Positions 1 to 36,621 of a stretch of DNA of 64,000 nucleotides are shown one piece after another. Positions within the stretch are counted from its first letter, which is position 1. The number at the start of each line of letters is the position of its first letter. Source of the stretch: Amoebidium appalachense (taxonomy: Eukaryota; Protista; Ichthyosporea); assembly GCA_963693365.1 (NCBI GenBank), contig CAVNZM010000012.1, positions 5,840,889 through 5,904,888 of the forward strand, in the 5' to 3' direction. Under the pieces are notes generated by a model that was not told the origin of the DNA, searched no databases, and saw only the letters and a program-made list of their open reading frames with translations. A program made the translations under genes and the position numbers.

Positions 1-337
1 AGACGTACATACCGAAACAGACATCGAGACATACATAAACACACATGAACAAGTACACACAACCGCATACACGGGCACACACACGCAGACACACACAGGT
101 GCACATGTCACATTACATATGTACAAGATGTCGTGCACAAACAAACTTGCCCGTTTCACCTCAGAGACAGAGGTGGGTATAGGCAGAGTAAATTGAAAGA
201 CGGTAGCCTCGATTTCTATGTAGCGAAATGGGAAACATACACACAGTGTCATCCCACAGTCCACACGCACGCACGCACGCACACACACACACACGCATGC
301 ACGCACGCGCGCACCGCGGCACGCGCGCGCGTGCGCG

Positions 338-393
<56 letters not shown>

Positions 394-873
394 ACCGCTA
401 ACCCGCCCACCCAGCCATCCACACCTACACTCAAAGGCTTTGGTATATTTCTCAGCACTGTACATGTGGCGCAGGTTGCTGTTGTCCTAGTAGATCGTAT
501 CGTAGATCCCGGACCGCTGCAACAGAAGTCACGTATACATACGCACTGTTCACAAGTGTGGACATAACTTGCATAACCCACCACACCAATCTTTTCCTTG
601 GGCAGTTTCTTACAAGACCTCTGATTCAACTGCCCCATAGGTCTGAACGGGAATATCAATCAACAACAACATTTATATGTCATTCGATGTAATGCAACTG
701 TTCAGCAACGTACACAACACAGCCTTTATGGTAACTCTCATTTACAACAACCTTCGTCTATTCCCCATGATCTTGGTGAAGCCCACCAGCCCAGGGTGGA
801 AACCAGCACATGTTCATTCGTTCCAAGAAATAGCACCACACCATCTTCGATTTCATTCACAAACCTACTAACA

Positions 874-17107
<16,234 letters not shown>

Positions 17108-17374
17108 TATCCAATAAACGTACTGTAACGAATTGTTGGCCAATGGCGTGCACGAATATCTTTCTGTTGGGGCGCGCACCGCGTGCCCTGACAACGGTAG
17201 GAGGCCTTGCAGAGCGGACACCTGAGGCTGTGTAGCGCTAGCGGCACAGAGGCTGTAACAGTGGCCTTTCAGGTTCAAACATCCTGTTTGATTTGTTAGT
17301 TCTTGGCACCAGAACCCAGAATTTGACGTCAATGCCGTATAGGCCTCTACTTCTTTAAACTACTAACTAGCAAG
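17108..17374. promoter_or_regulatory. Probable bidirectional promoter between TANGO6 and the DUSP11-like gene
   Basis: Divergent ATGs at 17107 (minus) and 17375 (plus) are 267 bp apart. The interval is microsatellite-free and has CCAAT motifs (~17111, ~17140) and a TGACGTCA CRE-like palindrome near 17324. Confidence 0.6.
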
Positions 17375-22840
<5,466 letters not shown>

Positions 22841-23479
22841 ATCTGCATGGTGACAAACACCGGCCTGATGGGTTGCCAAACCATGGTAAGCAACAGGCTT
22901 CTAGCAGCGGTAGATTTGGGGCCTATTTGGCTTAGTTGGTGTGGTTGCAAAAGTATGGATGGGATGCCGGCCTGTGTTATATAATATGATAGTGTTTGCA
23001 CATGCACACAGTGCACGCTTACAGGCATTCTATTTATGCTTAAGTTAGAGTAAATTCCGTATTATAGGGATATATCAGACGATATCTGCAGCTGGCCTGC
23101 CGAAAAATAATACTGTAAGAAGCTATATATTAAAGAAACAATGTTAACTACAGTCGCTAGTGATGATGGTAAAAGGTATGCATGACCTAAGAGTTTGTCA
23201 GCATTAGCCTAAATTTTGGCCATGGAGTTTATAATGAAGCCGACTAAACGAGCCTGCATGCCCTTAGTTAAACTCCGACGGCTTTGCTGTTCACGCAGAG
23301 CTATGGTAGTTAGTCTAAGAAGACTTTGCGTACACCTGTTTCCGTGCATGCCTGTACAACAACTTAGTTTCCACAGTACTCTTTGGGAGATATTTGGTGT
23401 GGGAATGAGGGAGGCGTGGGCAGGCAGGATGGTAATCTATGCAAATTTAGATCAGTGTTGTGTGTGTGTGTTAACAAGC

Positions 23480-23512
<33 letters not shown>

Positions 23513-23612
23513 CCAACGTATGCCCTGTTGGCACTGTGTTCCAGACAAAAAAGGTGAAGACAGGGCGAAATGTTGTTATGCACATACGTACAAACACATT
23601 GCCTGCTTGCTA

Positions 23613-24597
23613 CTACCTCTCTGCCATGTGCACGTAGTGTGCCTGTGCCGCCACAAACCGCTCACATGCATGCGCACACCCAAACAGCCACGCCTCCCTC
23701 ATTCTCGCATCGAATCTCTCCCCGAGCACAGATCGCACCACGGCCGTAATCGCATCGCACGATCTCTTGTAAAAGTCCCGATCCAGACCCCACTGGGCAT
23801 GCTGCGGCCCGATTAGCAGCAGGTCCTGGTCTGGCCCAGAACCCGACGACTGCCGGGCCGGGTCGAGGGTCGGAACGATGTTTGCAATGAGCTGGGTGAG
23901 GTACAGGGACTGTGCACGTAGGTTGTCCTGTGGCGGTTTGTGGTCAGAAATGGATGAATGTGGGGTAGTGGTGATGCATGATCAAACCGGAAATAGTGAT
24001 ATGCGTTGACATCACTATTTCCGTTTTGAACTCCATAGCTATGCACACTGGACAACCACCACCACCATACCAAAAAAAAGAAAAAAAGGGGAAAAAAAAA
24101 AAAAAAAAAAGGAAAAAAATTGGGGAAAGGGGAAAAAAGGGAAAAAACAACAACAATAAATACCAAATCAGCGCTTTAGCAACAAACATCAACAATGATC
24201 AGAACAATAAATTACCTAAGTAAATGGTTAAAACACTCCAAAGAAGTAACCTACCCGAACCGGTGGCAGATATACAAAATGAGACACGGAAAACGCCAAA
24301 GGCCTCACCTGCAGCAGCACATGAGCATTTGGCGCCCTCCTAAACAGCTCATCATAGAACAGGGCTGTCAGCACAGCCAGTGCCAGGGCCTTAGCCCCTC
24401 CAATCAGCCCACAGCCCTCGGCCAGTAGCCGCCATGTGCAGCTAATGGCCCCGGCCTGCTTGGGGCTGGGCTCGTGCAGGCCGGCCACCTCCATGTGTGG
24501 TGCCTATGCATAGGGAGGGTTTCAGGTGAGAAAGCCGTGGTGGTGGTGGTGGTGGTGGTGGTGGGGGGGGGGGGGGGGGGGGGAAGGGGAAGGGGAA

Positions 24598-24635
<38 letters not shown>

Positions 24636-26121
24636 CGGAACACGGTATGAAGTACGCATGCACGATGAAAACCATGGTGCAGGACACATGCAAAGGCAAA
24701 CATTCAAGTATGCAACATCAGCCATTCGCACAGTATGCGTCATAGGCAGAGCCCATCCTCAGGGAGGGCCCAAGTAGGAGGAGGAGTGAGGGGGGGGGGG
24801 GGGGGGGGGGGGGGGCATGCATTAGAGGGTGGCAAACGTAAAAGAAGGGCATGGAAAGAAAAAAAAAAGGGGGGGGAATGGCGGGGTAAAGAAGGGAAAG
24901 AAAAGAAATGCAGGGCACACCTACAAAAAAAAATAATGAACCCGGCAGAAGACAATTGAAGAGCTCTTAATTAGAAGTTTATTGAGGGAGTGGGGGTTTA
25001 TGTGGTTAATGTTTTTTTTTTCTACAACCCCTCCCACAGTTAAGTTAGGGGAGGAGGAGGAGGGGGGGGGGGGGGGGGGGGGGGGGGGAGGAGGGGTGAT
25101 TCACACATACAGTACAGGTAAATGCATGTGATACATTGACTTGCCCAAGTGTTGAAAACCCAACTTGCCACAGCACAGGCAGCATGCGGGTAGGCACACA
25201 TCGTCGGCCTGTACACACAGACACAAACACAGACAGCACGCACGCATATGCATTACCTTGTCAGCAGCTGACCTGCGGCGTGCCCTTTCCTTGTCCTTAA
25301 GTGTGTCTGTGTGCAGGCAGAGGGGTGTCAGAGATAGTGCACAACCATCACAAATACACATGGCACTGTGCGTTGCTGGTGCCATCTATCTGCATGGCCC
25401 ATGCCAAATCCACCTTTCACGTTGAGTCCCCAAGCACATACTCAAACAAACACACATTATAACACACACAACACATACACACAGATACCACGCAGACCAG
25501 ACAAGAGTGCCCAGAACGCATTAAGCGCGCCAGCCTCCCACCCGCCTCCCCCTCCTCCTCCTCCCCCCCCCCCGCTTCCCTCCCTCCCCTCCCGGCCCCC
25601 CCGCCCCACCACATGTGCACACACATACCACCAACCCAGCACCACTCCTCCCCCTCCATCCCCCCTCCCTCCCCCCCCCCCCCCTTTCCCTCTTTGTGCC
25701 TACCCGCCTCTGCCTGCCGCATATAGTCCTCCATAGCACTCAGCATGTCCACCGCCAGTCCACATGCCAGCAACCATACCTCGTGGGCCTTCTCATCCAT
25801 CTGACTGCCTGCCCTGTGCCTTACGGCCGCATACAAAGACTTATATGCACCCGAATATGTGCTGCGCCCAAACCCAAGAGTATAGTGTGTGGCTGCAATG
25901 TGGGATAGCTCCTGCTCCCGGCCGGCTGGCCCCCTCCTGGTGGTGAGGCTGGGCACAATCACACTGACCAGGGTGGAAAAGAGCTCGGTCTGTGTGATAG
26001 TGTGCTGGTTAGTGCCCTGTTCCTTGGATCTTGGATAGTTTCCTGTCTCATTTGTTGCACGTTATTGGCATTCCATGCCCTTATTTCAAATCCAAGCATA
26101 CCATTCCTTTCTTTCTCTCTT

Positions 26122-26157
<36 letters not shown>

Positions 26158-27708
26158 CTCCCCCCCCCCCCCCCCCCCCCAAAAAAAACAAACAAACAAA
26201 CAAACAAACAAACAAACAAACAAACAAACAAACAAACAGGCAAACAAACAGCTTGATAAATATAAAAATAAAAAGGAATGCGGCACAAAGACGAAGAGAT
26301 ACAAGGGCACCACCACACCATCATACTACATGGCTGCATGCAATAGACTCACCAGATAAAGCATGTCTCCAAGCATCCTTGCCGCAACCTCGGGGCAGTG
26401 GTCGGCCAGCGTCACCCTATACTCCATGGCCATGCACGCTAGGGGGAATGCCTCCCCTCCCTCCCTGCCACCAACCGCCGCCCTCCACGTGCGCACAATC
26501 GCACCCAGCTGCTTGGGGCTCAGCACATGCTGTGGGTCCATGGGCAAAATTACATCCATCGGTAGCTCTCCGGGCCTCCTCTTTGGCAAGCCCCCCGTAT
26601 GTGTTGGTGTTTTGGGGGGTTTTTGGCCACCGCCGTCCACGGATTGGGAGCGGAAGGTTCGTGTGGCCAGCACGGGGCTGTAGAGGGGGACTCCGAGGGC
26701 ATGCGGGGTGGAGGCTGAACGGTTGCGGGCTGCCTGGTCAGACCTGGGGGGGACGGGGGGGGGGGGGGGGGGGAGGGGGGGTTAAGGCTCGATCTGACTG
26801 TTGGGGTGAAGGGGTGGGAAGGGTGGGGGTTGTGGTGGTGGGGGGGGGGAGTTTGGGGGGGGGGGGGGGGGGAGGGGGGGAGGGGGGAGGGGGGCACGCA
26901 CACAAGAGTTGCTAATGCGCTAAAGGACACACTGTAACACGCAGACATGCATCGTCTGCCACAAAGTGGAAAATAAAAGGTTGGGTTGGGGAGGGAGGGG
27001 AGGGGAGAGGGGGGAGGAGGGGGGGGAAGGTATAAGAGTGTGTTACAGAGTGCAAGGTACACACTCATGACGAGCAACTCTCTTGGTTGCAAAGCATACA
27101 CAAAGACTCTGCATTACAAGCAGAGCCCATCCGGGGGGCGGTGGGGCCGGGGGTGGGAGGGAGGGTGGGAGGGGGGAGGGGGGGGGGGAAGGGGGGGAGG
27201 GGGGCAGGAACGAAAAAAACACCTACCCTATGTGTGTCCTGTGCTCCTCACCCACCACATCCCTTTCCTCCGAAACATCCACCTCCCCCGACCCTCTTCC
27301 TTTCTCTGCCCCCACATTCGAGAAGTGTCTCCGTGCCACCGGCTTTGACGCCTCTCTGCTCACGCCGTGTCCATGCTGGTCGGGGAAAAATACTCCCTCG
27401 TGTGAGATTTCTCCCGTGGCGGGTGTGGAGAGTGGTGATGGGGGTTTGTTGTCCGTGTTTTCTACTAAGACGGGAATGGGTGGTTGAGGCCGGCGGGGGG
27501 GTGGCATTCCGAGCGTGGCCAGTTGGTGCACTTGGAACTTCGGACGCACATCGGTGCTGTTTAGGTATTTAGGCTCTACCGAGGTGATGGGGGCCGTGAC
27601 GATGGACTCCTCCTCGTCTCTGCTTGTGAATTTCTGCTTGTGGAGAGGCTCGATTGATGAATCCCATGGCACAGGGCACTTTTTTTTTTTTTTTTTTTTT
27701 TTTTCGTG

Positions 27709-27754
<46 letters not shown>

Positions 27755-29720
27755 GGAGGGGGGGGGGGGAGGGGGGAGGGGGGGACTATGGGGTCAGGGT
27801 GATAAATAAAAGCACAGTCAGCATAGAACAACTAGCAAAAGGTATCAAAATAGACATTTACGAATGAGGTTGGAAGGAGAAGTCGGGCATCTTGTCGTGG
27901 GCGGTAAATCTATTCGAGCATGTCCTTGCTTACATTTCGGTAAATGTTATGGGTGTGTGCGTGATTGTGTGTGTGTGTGTGCGCCTCCCAGCACATGCGA
28001 TTGTTGCATGCCATTAATTTATTGTCTGTGTTCTGTATCTGGATTTAGCGCCTATTAGAGCTTCTCTGATCGTAATATTTCAACTTCTTTGTCACTGTTT
28101 GTCTGTGCCTTTTCACGACAATTGTCTGGTTAATTATGTTATGCAGCTGTCTTTGTGTGTGTGTATGTATGTGAGTGTGCATAACTTGGTGCATCCATAC
28201 CCATGCCCTACATCACTCATCTGTGTTTCTGCATGTGCATGTGTATATAGAGGTGTGTGCGTATGTGCACGTGCACAATGTGCATGTGTGTGGCTGTATC
28301 TGTACATGTGCATACAGCTACACCCTGTGTGTTCCACGGGATGGGTAAGGTACGTTGTTTACGTGATTGCTTCGCATGCTTGCAGGCGCGTGAAGCATGT
28401 GGCTGTGTGTGTGTGCAAACGTGGCCCTGTGCTATATGCCTGGGCCTGTGTGTTCATGTGTGTGGTGCATGTGCGTGTGCGTGTGCCTAAGTGTGCCGTG
28501 CAACGTTGTGCTTGTGTGTGCATATTGTGGTAACTGTGCACACATATTGCCGTGCCTGTGTCTGCATATGCATACTGCTGTGCCTGTGTGTGCGTATTCC
28601 TGTGCCTGTGTCTGCATATGCATATTGCTGTGCCTGTGTCACGGTGCGTATTCCTGTGCCTGTGTGTGCATATGCATATTGCTGTGCCTGTGTGTGCGTA
28701 TTCTTGTGCCTGTGTGTGCTTATGCATATTGCTGTGCCTGTGTGTGCGTATTCTTGTGCCTGTGTCTGCATATGCAAACTGCTGTGCCTGCGTGTGCATA
28801 TGCATGATTGCATGATCGTTATGCCTGTATGTGCTGATGCATGTGCATCTGTAATGTGCCGTGTGCACATATTCCCGTGCCTGTACGCAAGTGTATATGC
28901 ATGCGCCTGGGTGCCTATTTCTGTGCCTGTGTGCACACATTCATGTGCCTACATATGCATGTGCCTGTGTGTGCATATGTCTATTCCTGTGCCTGTGTGC
29001 CTTTGCCCTCACCCACCAGCTCGGGCATGTGCATCTTCTGCATGGCCGCACTGCCAGGCAGCACCCCCCCCTCCTCCCTCAATGCCCTAGCCAGCACCTC
29101 GTCCAGGGCCCTCAGCTCCCTCCGTGTCACCACCATGGCTGCCTCCAGCTGCTGCCGTTTGGCTCCCTGCGCCGACCCGGCCTGGGTGTGGTTGTCGTGG
29201 TGTGCAGCTAAGTATTCGTGCAATTCACACCCGAAAACTTAAAAGGGCAAAGAAGCATACACCTCGGCGTACAACCATGCAGGAAGGCGACGCACACACG
29301 CACAGCAAGAAGAGAGAGTGGCACACACACAAAAATAGAGCAGATGCACGAGCACTATTTCTAGACAGGCTTACAGGCCCGTTCAGGCGAGCACATCCAC
29401 AACTTACACACCAAGAAAGCCCAACACAAGCGCTCTCCCCCCCCCCTCCCTCTCTCCACCCCTTGCAAAAGTTATCCTTACACACATCCGACTTGCAGAT
29501 CCAGCTCGATCCACACGAGTATACAAACACACATGCGCGCAATCTCCGTGCACGTACAAACTCAGACACCTTTTTCAGGCTATCTGACACATACCTGCTG
29601 CACCAGGTCAGTAAGGGCTCTGACCTTCCCGTCCATAGACTCGGTCAGCTGCGCCACATTGACACTCCATCTGTCCGTCAGCGCAGGCAAATTGGGTGTT
29701 TGCCCTACCTCCGCGGCCAT
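23613..29720 (-). CDS. Protein with an N-terminal helical/coiled-coil region, low-complexity linker and two tandem 3-over-3 globin domains (~8 exons)
   Basis: Domain 1: VLSPKQLGAIVRTWRAA..MEYRVTLADHCPEVAARMLGDMLYL|TELFSTLVSVIVPSL..LSHIAATHYTLGFGRSTYSGAYKSLYAAVRHRAGSQMDEKAHEVWLLAC. Domain 2: PSPKQAGAISCTWRLL..LFYDELFRRAPNAHVLLQ|DNLRAQSLYLTQLIANIVPTLD..LLLIGPQHAQWGLDRDFYKRSCDAITAVVRSVLGERFDARMREAWLFGC. Both show the A-helix Trp, B10 Tyr, C2 Pro, F8 His and H-helix Trp pattern. The N-terminal exon joins are less certain. Confidence 0.8.
24634..24772 (-). mobile_element. Copy of the C-tract-associated dispersed family, in an intron of the globin gene
   Basis: Follows a long G run. GCGGAACACGGTATGAAGTACGCATGCACGATG...GCAGAGCCCATCCTCAGGGAGGGCCC links the two halves seen in other copies. 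Confidence 0.6.
27030..27140 (-). mobile_element. Diverged copy of the C-tract-associated dispersed family
   Basis: GTTACAGAG...TTGCAAAGCATACACAAAG...GCATTACAAGCAGAGCCCATCC resembles 7835-7930. Confidence 0.5.
28552..28790. repeat. ~50-bp compound minisatellite (28+22-bp subunits beginning GTGCCTGTG), ~4.5 copies
   Basis: Repeating GTGCCTGTGTCTGCATATGCATATTGCT-GTGCCTGTGTGTGCGTATTCYT in an intron. Confidence 0.75.
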
Positions 29721-30372
29721 GTTTCTATACGCGCAAGAGCACACTATAGCTAGGAATCGGTTTAGAGCCGTGTGCGGGTAACAGATCTGAATGTGAAGCT
29801 GCAGCAAGTATCTGGACAGGAACATGGATCAACCATCTATCCACACTTTGTAGTGGATAAGCTTCCTGTTTTCAGTCACTTTCTCCGAGATCCTGGTCTA
29901 TGTTTTGGATAGATCTTTTGCTCCACCGCTGAATTGACACCTTTCTTTTATGGACGGCTGATATGAAAAGTTCTGGCTAAATATTCTTCGTGATAGTTTT
30001 GCTAGCCTCGTACTGAGCTCTACTGTTTTGCAGATTGCAACCTAACTCTTTCAGATGGCAAAACGCCCATAAATGAACTAAACTGACGCAGGATGCCAAC
30101 CTCCTGAATATGTATATAGCCAACACACCATTACTGAGGCCATGTATGAAATAAACTGGGAGTTGAGAGGCAGTGCCAAGCTCTCACCACCGAGTCCGGC
30201 AGGGTGACTTCCAGAGAAGTTGAACTCGCGACCGCCTGAATGTTCCCAGAACCAATTAGAATAATTGTCCAATCGCAGATGGTGTTCGCACAATCAATAA
30301 AGTCAACGAGTTTTCTAGGGTGTAGCCGTGTAGGCAGTACCTCAGGTGTATGATTATTTTTTTTTATATAAT

Positions 30373-31886
30373 GGGGTTTACACACTTTTTATTGCGTGGA
30401 CACTGCCGGAGGTCCAGCCACATTCGACGGCCTACTGAGACCTGAGACAAAGTGGAAAATGTTAGCTAACGTTAGCTGTTAGAGCTGTTAGCTAACGTAT
30501 TAGAACCGGAGGTTATTGGCGGTTTTATTCTCTTTTCTTCCTCTCTTCCTCAATATATCCGTTTTAAGATGACTATCCTACCACCTACTGAGGCGGTGTC
30601 TCCTTTATTTTTTTTTTTATTTTTTTTTTACTTGGTAGATGTTAAAACGTCGCACGTGCGGCAACACGTCAGTACGTGTTAGATCACTATCCTACTGTAG
30701 ATCACCTGCACAGTATGATATTGTGATCCGGTGTCTTAACTTTCTTTCGGAGCTACCGATGCTAGCCTCTGCTTACCCATAATATTTAATAGGGGTGTCA
30801 TATACTACGGTGGTGGTGGTGTATTTTGTAGTGTATTCACTGTATTTTCGTATACTTATGTTGTGTGTCGGTGTGTGTAGGTGTACAAGAGCAGACCGTG
30901 TAAAACCAGCTATGCTCAGCCAACAGTAGTTACTAACTTACACCAAAGAGGGCTGCATTTGATTGGCTGCGCTGGAAAACGCAGTAGGCAGTGTGCACGC
31001 AATAAAAAGTGTGTAAACCCCCTACTGTGCATTGGAAGAAAAGGTGCCGGGGTTTACACACTTTTTATTGCGTGGACACTGCCGGAGGCCCAGCCACATT
31101 CGACGGCCTACTGCGTTTTCCAGCGCAGCCAATCAAATGCAGCCAGTGACATTTGTACATGAAATTACATTGGGGCAAATGTAATTAAGGGTAAGCAGAG
31201 GCTAGCATCGGTATTTCCGAAAGAAAGTTAAGACACCGGATCACAATATCATACTGTGCAACATTAATAAGGTAATCTAGGATAGTCATCTTAAAACGGA
31301 TATATTGAGGAAGAGAGGAAGAAAAGAGAATAAAACCGCCAATTGTGCCACAGCAAATTCGTTGGAACAGTGTCATAGGCATTCTTAAGGTCGATAAAGC
31401 ATACCTCGCGACATCCAGAACGAATAGTGTCGTGTAATAGAAGAGCATGAGTATAGCACGAATAAGCACGCCGAAATCCGCCCTGAATGTTGCTCAACCG
31501 GAAGACACTCGTTAAGGTCTCATGCGTGCTTGTGGATCCGGAAGGCACGCAAAATGCAGGACTCGAATAGGCGACGAAACATGTTAGTTAAGGTGACTGG
31601 TTGGAAGGAAGAAATCGGACCAGTAGAGACCTTCTTGCGGACGGGATTTATGATGGTGTCATTATTCCACGACGAAGGAAAACTTGGGTTTACACACTTT
31701 TTATTGCGTGGACACTGCCGGAGGCCCAGCCACATTCGACGGCCTACTGCGTTTTCCAGCACAGCCAATCAAATGCAGCCAGTGACATATGTACATGCTA
31801 GGCAGCAATGAGCGCCATCGTAGTATCTGACACCCCTATTACATATTATGGGTAAGCAGATGCTAGCATCGGTAGCTCCGAAAGAA
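30373..31886. mobile_element. Cluster of four copies of a short element ending ...CACGCAATAAAAAGTGTGTAAACCC (30373-30437 -, 30707-31022 +, 31049-31260 -, 31686-31886 -)
   Basis: Near-identical segments occur in both orientations. All share one sharp end preceded by AATAAA, while the other end varies in length. Confidence 0.75.
31278..31685 (-). mobile_element. Degenerate non-LTR retrotransposon reverse transcriptase fragment (RT subdomains 1-3)
   Basis: FPSSWNNDTIINPVRKK..FQPVTLTNMFRRLFE, IQGGFRRAYSCYTHALLLHD and FIDLKNAYDTV occur across shifted frames. Confidence 0.85.
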
Positions 31887-31888
31887 CG

Positions 31889-32420
31889 TTTGACTGGATT
31901 TATTCGACGGAAAGATATGCAAGTATGCACTCGTTAATCATACCGTCGTTCAACAGATAGTCAATAGACGTAATATCAGGATTATCTAAATAAGCCAGTC
32001 TTCTAATTTCTAAAGGAATAATCTGAGATAAATAAATACATCTATGTGAGTGTTTACGAGAAAAGGTTCTGCACAAAAGTGGCACAAACATTTATGGAAA
32101 TTAAACAAAGGTTACAGCGCCAATATAAACATTTCCAAGCTATATCACAAGGAGGGGTTAGAATTGCAAAATCGGTAAGTGTGGTAGGTTTACGAGAGGA
32201 AGGATAAATATAAGTAGCTAATTTACACAACGATTGTAAAGAAAATAGGCGAGTCTCTAATATAAAAAGAAGCACAAGCTCAAGAGCTCTACCATGATAC
32301 TCTTTATCACAACGATGAAGCAAAGGATAGTGAGTATGAAACCAAGTAACATACTGCTGATAACTAGTAGAAGAGAAAAATAAAGGAGATAAGTATTTAA
32401 AAGGATATCTCGGAATGGGA
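31889..32420 (-). mobile_element. 3' fragment of a non-LTR retrotransposon related to the element at 47512-48736
   Basis: KLATYIYPSSRKPTTLTD..DIAWKCLYWRCNLC..FSRKHSHRC..IDYLLN aligns with ALAGYISPAVRMDTTLVD..DIAWEVVQWRCNSC..FNRKHVDRC..LDFLLN. Both copies end in the same TTTGACTGGATTTATTCGAC motif (plus strand). Confidence 0.8.
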
Positions 32421-33840
32421 AGATTATTTGAATCGTTATCTCCTCAGTATCCGTGAGTAGGGGTTTTTGTATTTTCTTCTCGGAGATATCTGTGATATCT
32501 CCGGCTTGCTTCTCTTTCATGAGCATATCAATAAAGGGGTTTACGATAACAATTATAGTAGTCATAAATAAAAAAAAACAATAAATAAAAAAATTTACAT
32601 AGTCGGTTACATCTCCCAAACCACTGAAATTGCGGTTTAGTAGAAACGCTCTTTTAAGAGTTTACAAAATTGTTTGTATATAACTTATTTTTTAACAGTC
32701 TTCGTATCAGATTTAGATCTTGCTGCTCTTAAGACTTTAGCCCCAATGTAATTTGTATCCCGGGAATTTTGGAAAATCGGTCAATTAGGGTAATTCACAT
32801 TATATGTGAATCAAAACCCCCCTTCAAAAAACAGAGTTTCTTCCCGTATAAATGACCCAGTGGGGTCGAAACTTTGCAAGAGCGAAGTAAACATATATAG
32901 TTTTCAAAGCCCCGCGGCTGGGTATGGGTTGTATATGGACTTTGCGGCGCAGCGAGGGCGTGCTGGCACACAAAGTTGGATATCGACAACCCATCGAATG
33001 ATCAATGCTTGCAATCGACTGATTGATGTAAGTGTGCTGCCTTGCAATATGTTACCTCATAATGAGCTTCTGAAAAGCGTTTCATCTATTGAGTAAAGAT
33101 GAAGGTCGACCAGTTTCAATGTTTTACACCCCTCGAAAACTGAAAACCATTGGTTGTTACACAAAGGAAAGCCATATATGGTGTTTAGACGTAGCCTTTT
33201 TTGGCTCTTGTAAACAAAGCAACGCACCGTGGCCCCTTGAAAGAGCTGCACGTAGATCATCTTCCCATACCCGTGATTGAATTGCACCGTTATAATGTCC
33301 CTTCTCCTTGATATATACCAGTAGTTGGTGTCTCTTACAATGCACACAAAGAATGGACGGGGGCATGGAACTTGGTGATGGCAGTGGTGTGGGGTTCGAA
33401 GCAGGGGCACTTGACTTGGATTTCTTTGACAATATTTTTTCCGACGATAGCACACAGAGTGATACAGAAGACAGCGAGGCTACAGAGGATACCGCTCTCT
33501 CAGGGAAATGGCGTATTTTTGACCCCAAGCAAGTAGACATAACACTCAAAGCAGACGATATTGAAAACAGGCTCCTAGACACGTTCAGGCGCAAGTCCAG
33601 TAATCCAAACGCCAAATCCTGCTTCGATATATATATGGCACACGAACATCAAAACACCTGAATACTGGGCAGATTACGAGCCTCAGTAGACACGGTGGTC
33701 GCAGTGTGAAATGATTGGTTAAGTTAGAGTCACGTCACTTGCAGGCTTTGCTGTTGCCAAAGAGTTCTTCTTGTGTTTTTTCCTTCACCTCACCCCCCCC
33801 CCTCCCCCCCCCTCCCCCCCCCCCCCCTTTTTTTTTTTGG

Positions 33841-33886
<46 letters not shown>

Positions 33887-33887
33887 C

Positions 33888-33940
<53 letters not shown>

Positions 33941-34438
33941 CCCCCTGTGTGTGTGTGTGCGTGTGTGGTGGTGGTGTATGATGGTGGTGGTGGTGGTGGG
34001 GGGGGGGGGGGGGGGGGAGAGGGGAGGGCTCGGGAGGGGGGGGGGGGGGGGGAGGGGGGGATTGCCTATGATACCCAAGTTAACCGTTAGAGGGACTGTT
34101 GTAATTTCAAGTGTAAGACGCTTAATAGTTCAAATTTCGTGGTCTTCTACTACTGTAAATATATTCTTGTGTTGCTCAGATCAGAGTGGGCAGTATCACA
34201 GTTATTTTTCGGAACACTATGTAAAACTTTGTTTAGACATTTAGAAGGAGCTTCAAGCTGAGTTACTGTATCATTGAATAAAATTTTTGTTTGAACGTGA
34301 AAATGCAAGTGTACGCAAACCTGCATGTCCGACCATTTATTATGGCAATCTACAAATTTGGACCCTTGTTCACTATATAATACACGGGAAAGAACCAGCA
34401 AAACATGCAGCTCGCCTGGCTGAGTATGTGCATACGTT

Positions 34439-34494
<56 letters not shown>

Positions 34495-34599
34495 CCCCCC
34501 CCCCTCCCCCCCCCCTCCCCTCCCCTCCTCCTCCCTCCCTCTCTCTAACAACAACAATAACATCCGCCTGACCACACACACGCGCTACTGCCATCACCC

Positions 34600-36620
<2,021 letters not shown>

Positions 36621-36621
36621 T

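Noticed and set aside
17198-17209. TAGGAGGCCTTG matching the P-element TIR end (similar word near 35945)
   Set aside because: Only 10-12 bp with no partner TIR or TSD; compatible with chance.
32257-32619. AT-rich hydrophobic 120-aa ORF as a possible endogenous viral membrane protein
   Set aside because: Much of it is an alternative frame of the decayed LINE C-terminus (KYLSPLFF..WFHTHY matches RYLTPSFF..YYHTQY of the 47.5-kb element). No viral hallmark genes are nearby.
32795-33661. Several short ORFs, including an acidic 117-aa ORF
   Set aside because: No recognisable domain or splice-consistent model; probably decayed mobile DNA.
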